This document shows, piece after piece, positions 57,242 to 64,000 of a DNA stretch of 64,000 nucleotides. Source of the stretch: Acidimicrobiia bacterium (GTDB lineage Bacteria; Actinomycetota; Acidimicrobiia; Acidimicrobiales; Bin134); the NCBI GenBank assembly GCA_022822265.1, contig JAJECA010000010.1:4513-68512 (forward strand), in the 5' to 3' direction. The position numbers and the translations under genes were made by a program. The number at the start of each line of letters is the position of its first letter. The stretch's first letter is position 1. The notes beneath the pieces were generated by a model. The model ran no database searches and was not told the origin of the DNA. It was given only the letters and a program-made list of their open reading frames with translations.

Positions 57242-59711
57242 AGACCACCACGTTGACCAGTTTGGGCGGGCGGGCGATGACCCGTCGGGGCTCGCCGCCG
57301 TCCAGGTAGGCCTGCACCCTCTCTGATGCCAGCGCCAGCGCCTCGGCCTCGGCCTCGGCGATATCGGCGGCCACCTCAATGCGGTCGCGCACCTTGCCGT
57401 TCACCTGCACCACCATGGTCACCGTCTCCAGCACCAGCTTGTCCTCATCGGCAGCCGGCCACGGCTCGGCGTGGATGTTCCCGCCCCGGCGCATCTCCCA
57501 CAGCTCGGCACAGATGTGGGGCACCATCGGCGCCATCACCAGCAGCAGAGAGTCGATGGCAAAGGCCAGCGTCTCGTGGTGGGGGCCGACGTCACGCTGC
57601 ACATAGCGGTACAGCTCGTTGGTGAACTCCATGCAGCCGGCCACCGCGGTGTTGTCCGCCCAGCGGTCGAACTCGGCGGTGATGCGGGGGATGTGTCGGT
57701 GGGTTGCCGCATCGATGGCCTGCACGGCTTCGGAGACAGGGCCGGAGCGGGCCGGGTTGGCCCGCTCCGCGGTGCCAGCGGCCAATCGCCACAACCGGCC
57801 TAGGAAACGGGCGCAGCCCTCGAGGCCGAAGTCCTCCCAGTCCACGTCCTCGGCGGGGGGCTTCACCTGCAAGATGGCCAGGCGCAGGGCATCGGCGCCG
57901 TGGGCGTCGATGATGTCCTCAGGGGCCACCAGGTTGCCCTTCGACTTGGACATCTTCCCCCCGCCCATTCGCACCATGCCCTGGGTGAACAGCCGCTGGA
58001 AGGGCTCCCGCAAACCGGCGGGGGCCACCCCCAGGTCTGACAGCGCCCGGGTGAAGAACCGGGCGTACATCAGGTGCAAGATGGCGTGCTCAACACCGCC
58101 GATGTACTGGTCCACCGGCAGCCACCGCTCTAGCGCCTCGGTGCTGAACGGCAGCTCGGAATTGTGGGGGTCGGCGAAACGCAGGAAATACCAGGAGGAG
58201 TCCACGAACGTGTCCATGGTGTCGGTCTCCCGGCGGGCCGGGCCGCCGCAGGCGGGGCACTCAGTGTGCAAGAAGCCGGGGTGGTCCACCAGAGGCGAGC
58301 GGCCGGTGGGCATGAAGGCCACATCGTCGGGCAGGCCCACCGGCAAGTCCTCGTAGGGCACCGGCACGGCCCCGCACGCCTCGCAGTAGACGATGGGGAT
58401 GGGGCAGCCCCAGTAGCGCTGGCGGGACAGCAGCCAGTCGCGCAGCCGGTAGTTAACCTTGCGCTCGCCGATGCCCCGATCTTCCAGCCAGTCGATGGCC
58501 GCGGCCTTGGCCTCTTCCATCCACAGTCCGTTGAGCCAGTCGCTGTTGATCGACGGCCCGTCGCCGGTGTAGGCCTCGCCGTCGAAGTCCTCGGAGGGTT
58601 CCACGGTGCGGATGATGGGCAGGCCGTAGGCGGTGGCGAAGTCCCAGTCGCGCTGGTCCTCGCCGGGCACCGCCATGATCGCCCCGGTGCCGTAGGTGGT
58701 GAGCACGTAGTCGGCCAAGAACAGCGGGATGGGCTGGCCGGTGAACGGGTTGACCACCCGGGTGCCGGTGTCCACCCCCCGCTTGTCGGCGGGGCCCTCG
58801 GCCGACAGACGCTCGAATTCGCTGCGCTCGCCCACCGCCGCGATGAACGCCTCCACCTCGGCTCGGCGATCCTCGGTCACCAGCTCGGGCACCCGGGCGT
58901 GTTCGGGGGACATCACCGCGAAGGTCATCCCGAAGCTGGTGTCGGGCCGGGTGGTGAACACCGCAATCCCGTCGACGTCGTCGCGGGGATTGCCGTCGGC
59001 ATCGGCAATCGGCAGGGTGAAGTCGGCACCCTCGGAGCGGCCGATCCAGTTGCGCTGCATGGTCTTGACCCGGTTGGGCCAGTCCACGCCGTCAAGACCC
59101 TCCAGCAGCTCCTCGGCATAGGCGGTGATTCGGTAGAACCACTGCTCCAGCTCGCGTTGCTGGGCCAAGTTGCTGCAACGCTCGCAGGTGCCGTCGCCCA
59201 GCACCTGCTCGTTGGCCAGCACCGTCTGGCAGCCGGGGCACCAGTTCACCGGAGCCGTGGCCCGGTATACCAGGCCCGCCTCGTAGAATTTCAGGAAGAT
59301 CCACTGGGTGAAGCGGATGTAGTCGGGGTCGTGGCTGCTCAGCGTCCGGCGCCAGTCGTACACCGCGCCGATGCGGCGCAGCGACGACGACAGCCGCTCA
59401 ATGTTGGCCTCGGTGTGCTCTCGGGGGTGGGTACCGGTCTTTATGGCCGCGTTCTCGGCCGGCAGGCCGAAGCTGTCGAAGCCGATGGGCGACAGCACGC
59501 CGTCGCCCTGCATAGTGCGGTAGCGCACCAGCAAGTCGCCGAAGGTGTAGTTGCGGACGTGGCCGATGTGGGCCGGGCCGCTGGGATACGGGTACATGCT
59601 CAGCACGTAGTACGGCGGCCGGGGGTCGTCGTTGTCGATGTCGTAGGTGGCGTCGTCAACCCAGCGCTGCTGCCATTTGGGCTCGATAGCCGCCGGGTTG
59701 TAGCCGTCCAT
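57240..59711 (-). CDS. leuS: leucine--tRNA ligase
   Basis: [31 protein letters not shown] (HIGH), KMSKSKGN (KMSKS). I use the ATG at 59711; the track ORF starts at 59747. Confidence 0.95.
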   Translation of the reverse strand: MDGYNPAAIEPKWQQRWVDDATYDIDNDDPRPPYYVLSMYPYPSGPAHIGHVRNYTFGDLLVRYRTMQGDGVLSPIGFDSFGLPAENAAIKTGTHPREHTEANIERLSSSLRRIGAVYDWRRTLSSHDPDYIRFTQWIFLKFYEAGLVYRATAPVNWCPGCQTVLANEQVLGDGTCERCSNLAQQRELEQWFYRITAYAEELLEGLDGVDWPNRVKTMQRNWIGRSEGADFTLPIADADGNPRDDVDGIAVFTTRPDTSFGMTFAVMSPEHARVPELVTEDRRAEVEAFIAAVGERSEFERLSAEGPADKRGVDTGTRVVNPFTGQPIPLFLADYVLTTYGTGAIMAVPGEDQRDWDFATAYGLPIIRTVEPSEDFDGEAYTGDGPSINSDWLNGLWMEEAKAAAIDWLEDRGIGERKVNYRLRDWLLSRQRYWGCPIPIVYCEACGAVPVPYEDLPVGLPDDVAFMPTGRSPLVDHPGFLHTECPACGGPARRETDTMDTFVDSSWYFLRFADPHNSELPFSTEALERWLPVDQYIGGVEHAILHLMYARFFTRALSDLGVAPAGLREPFQRLFTQGMVRMGGGKMSKSKGNLVAPEDIIDAHGADALRLAILQVKPPAEDVDWEDFGLEGCARFLGRLWRLAAGTAERANPARSGPVSEAVQAIDAATHRHIPRITAEFDRWADNTAVAGCMEFTNELYRYVQRDVGPHHETLAFAIDSLLLVMAPMVPHICAELWEMRRGGNIHAEPWPAADEDKLVLETVTMVVQVNGKVRDRIEVAADIAEAEAEALALASERVQAYLDGGEPRRVIARPPKLVNVVV

Positions 59712-59803
59712 CGCCGCTAAATCTACCGAGCTTCCGCACAAGGCCAATAACCGTTATCCCATGTGGGTCGGCCCATTGACGGCTGGTAAAGTTCCCTCTT
59801 CGC

Positions 59804-59877
<74 letters not shown>

Positions 59878-60091
59878 CCGCTTGTTCGGACGCCTGCCCC
59901 GTTTTTGTGCGCTGAAGCAGTCAATTTCATAAGTAGCATCGTGTTATTTCAGTATATTTGTAACTCTTTTTTTCAATTCCCTTAATTTTACTGACAGTTT
60001 GTAATAAGACTTCTGATTAGGGATAGACAGCTCAAGTCCTTCTCCCAGGACAGGTGTTGTTTAGGTTCCCTACTCCTTCTCGGAGGTCCCC

Positions 60092-62197
60092 ATGTCGTTC
60101 TCGCTGATCCGCAAGTTCGTCGCGCCCGCTCTCGCCCTCATCGTGCTCACTGCCGGTCTGGCATTCGCCTCGGCCAGCGCCGGCGCCCAGGAGGGCGGGG
60201 CCGAACTGCGGATCTCAGCCCGGCGGCTAGATGACGGTCGGCTGGAATTCGCCCTTAGGCAGCGAGAAGACGGCACCTGGAGCGAGCGCCTGAGTCCCGA
60301 CCAGCGCCACTTGCCCGCTGATGCCGCTACCGGACAGTGGCTGGACAGTTCCGCGCTGACCATCGACTCGATCGGCTCGGTGCGAATCTCAGCTCGCCTG
60401 GGCGCAGACGGGCGGGTGGAGTTCGCCCTCCAGCAGCAGCTGGCCGACAGCTCTTGGGGCGAGCGCCTCCTGCCTCAACAGCGCTTCTTTCCCGCAGACA
60501 CTGCGGCGGGCATTTGGCTGACCACCTCTCCGCTCACCGTCATCGCCCCCTCCCCTACTGCGGATCCGGAGGCCGACAACCAAGCCGAAGTATCAGGCGA
60601 AGAAACGGCGTGCCTCGCGGCCGAAGGCGACGAGGCATGGACGGTCGCCGGACCCAATGAGTCGCCGTTCCAGCACCGCGCGCTAAACGGCGGGGGCAAC
60701 AACCTGGCCAACCCATCTTGGGGCATGGCAGGCACAGCCCTCTTGAAGTTGGCGCCAGGGTCCTATGAGGACGGCGTTTCCACGCCACCAGCCTCTCGCC
60801 CCAACGCCCGTGCCATCAGCAACATCGTGTTCGCCCAGGATGGTTTGGTGCCCAACTCCTCGGGGGCCAGCGACATCACATGGCAGTGGGGCCAGTTCAT
60901 CGACCACGACATCACCCTCAGCCTCGACAACACTGACGAGCCCTTCCCGATTCCGGTCCCCCGAGGTGATTCGGTGTTTGATCCCCGCGGGACAGGCACC
61001 GCGGAGATCCACCTCGATCGCTCCGTGTCCGACCCCGACACCGGTACCGATCAGAACAACCCCCGGCGACAGGTCAACGCCATCACAGCGTTCATCGACG
61101 GCTCCCAGGTCTACGGCTCAGATGAAGAGCGAGCCCTGGCCCTTCGCACCAACGACGGCACGGGGAAGCTCAAGACATCCCACGAGGGGCGACTGCTGCC
61201 CTACAACACCGAGGGACTCGAGAACGAAGGGGGCAGCCACCTCACGAACCTGTTCGTCGCCGGCGACCTGAGGGTCAACGAGCAGATCGGGCTCATCTCG
61301 ATGCACACCCTGTTCGTGAGAGAGCACAACCGGCTGGCCGAGCTCATCGCCAACTGGCACCCCAGTTTGAGCGGCGATGAGATCTACCAGTTGGCCCGCA
61401 AGCTCGTCGGCGCCCAGATCCAAGCCATCACCTTCAACGAGTTCCTGCCACTATTGCTGGGTCCCGACGCCATCGGCCCGTACTCCGGCTACGACCCCGC
61501 AGTGAACCCGACCATCGCCAGCGAGTTCTCCGCCGCGGCCTACCGGGTGGGCCACACCCTGCTCTCCCCCAACCTGCTGTTGGTGGACGCCAACGGGGAG
61601 GCCGGCCAGATCAGCCTGGCCCGGGCCTTCTTCAACCCCACCGTCGTCGAAGACCTAGGAATCTCGGCGATACTGCTTGGCCTCGCCTCTCAATCGGCCC
61701 AAGAGGTTGACTCGCTGGTCATCGACGAAATCCGCAACATGCTCGTCCGAGGTCCGGGCGGGCCGGTTTTCGACTTGGCCGCCCTCAACATCCAACGAGG
61801 CCGCGACCACGGTGTGGGCGACTACAACACCGTGCGCCTGGCGTTCGGACTGTCCGCGGCGGAGAGCTTTGCCGATATCTCCTCCGACCCCGCCGTGCAG
61901 CAGGCACTGATGGAGGCGTACGGGAGCGTGGATGATCTGGACCTCTGGGTCGCGGCCCTGGCCGAAGACCACGTGGCCGGAGCGTCAGTGGGCGAGACCC
62001 TTCAAGCCGTAATCTCCAATCAGTTCCGCCGCTTGCGGGCCGGCGACCGCTTCTGGTTTGAGCGCGACCCGTTCTTCTCGGCCAACCCTGGGCTTCTCGA
62101 AGAGATCGGCAGCATTACCCTGGCCAACGTCATCCGCTGCAACACCTACCTGGAAAGCGAGATCCAAGACAACGCCTTCATCGTCAAGGAGAGCTGA
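60092..62197 (+). CDS. secreted animal-type heme peroxidase family protein with N-terminal tandem repeat
   Basis: Signal peptide ...GLAFASASA-GAQ. Two ~55-aa repeats (LRISARRLDDGRLEFALRQREDGTWSERL... and VRISARLGADGRVEFALQQQLADSSWGERL...). The peroxidase core follows: NNLANPSWG, WGQFIDHDITLS (distal His) and TLFVREHNRLA (proximal His region). Confidence 0.85.
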   Translation: MSFSLIRKFVAPALALIVLTAGLAFASASAGAQEGGAELRISARRLDDGRLEFALRQREDGTWSERLSPDQRHLPADAATGQWLDSSALTIDSIGSVRISARLGADGRVEFALQQQLADSSWGERLLPQQRFFPADTAAGIWLTTSPLTVIAPSPTADPEADNQAEVSGEETACLAAEGDEAWTVAGPNESPFQHRALNGGGNNLANPSWGMAGTALLKLAPGSYEDGVSTPPASRPNARAISNIVFAQDGLVPNSSGASDITWQWGQFIDHDITLSLDNTDEPFPIPVPRGDSVFDPRGTGTAEIHLDRSVSDPDTGTDQNNPRRQVNAITAFIDGSQVYGSDEERALALRTNDGTGKLKTSHEGRLLPYNTEGLENEGGSHLTNLFVAGDLRVNEQIGLISMHTLFVREHNRLAELIANWHPSLSGDEIYQLARKLVGAQIQAITFNEFLPLLLGPDAIGPYSGYDPAVNPTIASEFSAAAYRVGHTLLSPNLLLVDANGEAGQISLARAFFNPTVVEDLGISAILLGLASQSAQEVDSLVIDEIRNMLVRGPGGPVFDLAALNIQRGRDHGVGDYNTVRLAFGLSAAESFADISSDPAVQQALMEAYGSVDDLDLWVAALAEDHVAGASVGETLQAVISNQFRRLRAGDRFWFERDPFFSANPGLLEEIGSITLANVIRCNTYLESEIQDNAFIVKES

Positions 62198-62211
62198 GCG
62201 CGCCTCCCCGA

Positions 62212-64000
62212 TCAGTCGCTGAGGTGTACCTCAGCGGCGTGGACGAGGTCGGCGCTGGAGCGGGCTATCCACACGGTGTAGGTGCCGGGGTCGACGTACC
62301 AGCCAGGATCGGTGCGCTTTTCGGATTCCCCGGCGGGAACCGGATTGCCGATCTCCAAGCCCGGAGGCGACTGGTCGCCGGGGTCGTAGTAGGCAAAGGA
62401 CCGCCGGTTGAGCACGATGCGAGCGGTGGTGCGCTCGCCGGGGGCCAGATGGACCTTGGCGAACCCCTTGAGCTCTCGCACCGGGCGGTGCAGCAGTGAC
62501 GGCGGTGGCTCCACGTACAACTGCACAACGTCGCTGCCTGCCCGGTCGCCGGTGTTGACCACGTCCACCTCCACGATCACTGGGTCGGCCACCTCGGTGT
62601 CGCCCCCTCCCGACACTCGGGGCGCCGACCACTCGAAGGTGGCGTACGACAGGCCATGGCCGAAGGGCACGGCCGGATCGATGGCCCGGGCGTCGAACCA
62701 GCGGTGGCCGATGTACAGGCCCTCGCCGTAGCGCACCACCCCGTTCTCGCCGGGATAGTTCAGATACGCCGGGCTGTGCTCATAGCGGGCCGGCACGGTC
62801 ATCGCCATGCGCCCGCCGGGGTCGGCCGCGCCGAACAGCACGTCGGCCACCGCGTAGCCCATCTCCTGGCCGCCGAACCCGGCCACCAGCACCCCGGCGG
62901 CCTCCTCCGCCCAGTCCAGGTTGCACGCTCCCCCGGTGTTCACCACCACCACGGTGTTCGGGTTGGCCGCCGCCACCCGGCGGATCAGCTCGGGCTGGTC
63001 GCCGGGCAAGTCGAACCAGTCGCGGTCGCGCCCCTCGGTCTCCCAGTCGGCGTTGGTGCCCACCACCACCACGGCCACGTCGGCGGCGGCCGCGGCCTCC
63101 TCAGCCTCGGCGATCAGATCCCGATCCACCTGTGATTTCAGGCCCACCCGGGCCCCGCACAACATGAAGCTGTCGCGGCTGGAGTACTCGATGACGATCG
63201 GCGTCTCCTGCCCGGCGGTGAGCTGCACCGGGGCGGAGATCACTTCCGAGCCCATCCCGAAGAAATCGTCGCCCCGGTCGTAGTCGCCCTCGGTGGCGTC
63301 CAGCACCACCTCGCCGTCGAGCAGAACTCGGCAGCGACCGAGCTGAACCAGCCCCAGGGTATGCTCCCCGGTGTCCTCGGCCACCAGAACTCCCGATGCC
63401 CGCACCGAGAACGCCTCAGGGTTCACCCCCGGTCCCGGCTCGCCGAAGAACACCATCTCACCTGAGGCCGACTCGCGGGTATGCACCACCGGGCCCGACC
63501 AGTCGTGGCCGTTGAAGTACTCCATTGTGAGCTTGCCCTCCAGCATCGGGGCCGACAGCGCGATCAGCGAGCGCTCGATGTCACATCCCTGGGCATAGCG
63601 GATGTCGAGATCGGGGTACTCGTCACCCAGAGCGTCCATCAAGCTCACATTGCGATACGCCTGCACGGTGGCCGAACCCCCTCCCATGATCTGGGCTTTG
63701 CGGGCGTTGGGTCCGATCACCGCCACCGACCCCGCCGAAGTCGGGTCCAGCGGCAGCACGCCGTTGTTGGCCACCAACACCGTTCCCGCCGCGGCCGCCT
63801 GGCGGATCAGCGCTCGGTCCTCGGGACGGTCCAGCCCGTGTTCCTGACCGGGCTCGCACCCGTCGTCGCCGTCCAATGCCCCGGTGCGCTCCAGCAGGCG
63901 CAGCACGTCGCCGGCAATCCGGTCGAGATGGCCCTCGTCCATCTCCCCCGCGGCCAGCGCCTCGCCGATCGGGCCGCGGTTGTACCACTGGCCCGGCCCG
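62212..64000 (-). CDS. glycoside hydrolase family 3 beta-glucosidase, C-terminal part with PA14 insertion (5' end beyond the window)
   Basis: The reading frame stays open upstream of the track Met to the window edge (...GPGQWYNRGPIGEALAAGEMDEGHLDRIAGDVLRL). It contains the GH3 C-terminal domain, a PA14-like insert (MEYFNGHDWSGP...) and a Fn3-like end (VEVDVVNTGDRAGSDVVQLYV). Confidence 0.85.
   Translation of the reverse strand, partial: GPGQWYNRGPIGEALAAGEMDEGHLDRIAGDVLRLLERTGALDGDDGCEPGQEHGLDRPEDRALIRQAAAAGTVLVANNGVLPLDPTSAGSVAVIGPNARKAQIMGGGSATVQAYRNVSLMDALGDEYPDLDIRYAQGCDIERSLIALSAPMLEGKLTMEYFNGHDWSGPVVHTRESASGEMVFFGEPGPGVNPEAFSVRASGVLVAEDTGEHTLGLVQLGRCRVLLDGEVVLDATEGDYDRGDDFFGMGSEVISAPVQLTAGQETPIVIEYSSRDSFMLCGARVGLKSQVDRDLIAEAEEAAAAADVAVVVVGTNADWETEGRDRDWFDLPGDQPELIRRVAAANPNTVVVVNTGGACNLDWAEEAAGVLVAGFGGQEMGYAVADVLFGAADPGGRMAMTVPARYEHSPAYLNYPGENGVVRYGEGLYIGHRWFDARAIDPAVPFGHGLSYATFEWSAPRVSGGGDTEVADPVIVEVDVVNTGDRAGSDVVQLYVEPPPSLLHRPVRELKGFAKVHLAPGERTTARIVLNRRSFAYYDPGDQSPPGLEIGNPVPAGESEKRTDPGWYVDPGTYTVWIARSSADLVHAAEVHLSD

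Noticed and set aside
58164-59720. 518-aa ORF on the plus strand
   Set aside because: It is antisense to leuS, which has clear HIGH and KMSKS motifs.
62217-62236. Hairpin CGCTGAGGT-GT-ACCTCAGCG after the peroxidase gene, considered as a terminator
   Set aside because: It lies within the last codons of the convergent GH3 gene and lacks a U-tract. It may still act as a bidirectional terminator, but the sequence alone does not support that.

Overview
A 64 kb stretch of high-GC chromosome (about 65% G+C by hand counts of individual 60-nt lines) with actinobacterial-type housekeeping synteny: hrcA-dnaJ-rsmE, lepA, rpsT, holA-folP-comEC-comEA, leuS, murF/ddl, glnS, and aconitase/citrate synthase. 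This is mixed with lipid and xenobiotic catabolism genes: crotonases, an SDR, an amidohydrolase, two P450s, a Baeyer-Villiger monooxygenase and F420-type oxidoreductases. I call about 57 CDS, two of them partial at the window edges, plus 2 tRNAs (Val-CAC on the minus strand, Ala-GGC on the plus strand). No rRNA, CRISPR, transposase or integrase was found.

Five things stand out:
1. An in-frame TGA sits exactly at the U position of a U-G-S-C motif and joins two called ORFs into a probable selenoprotein (1348..1881).
2. A 5.7 kb segment (5369..11064) is bracketed by a 51-nt direct repeat that duplicates the 5' end of an SDR gene. It carries an RCC1-repeat lipoprotein, an AT-rich 853-aa lipoprotein with two internal modules and no recognisable family, and a PIN/antitoxin pair.
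3. A second low-GC island of about 5.7 kb (21996..27753) abuts the 3' end of tRNA-Val. It encodes HIT, NTP-transferase, SAM-methyltransferase, a glycerate-kinase::HAD fusion and an RHH regulator. Its pathway is unassigned and it is the best candidate here for an undescribed system.
4. A translationally coupled operon encodes a fatty-acyl-reductase::HAD fusion, a LarA-like protein and an acyltransferase.
5. A secreted animal-type heme peroxidase with a novel N-terminal tandem repeat lies next to tRNA-Ala.

Many long ORFs in the track are antisense artefacts of high GC and were rejected.
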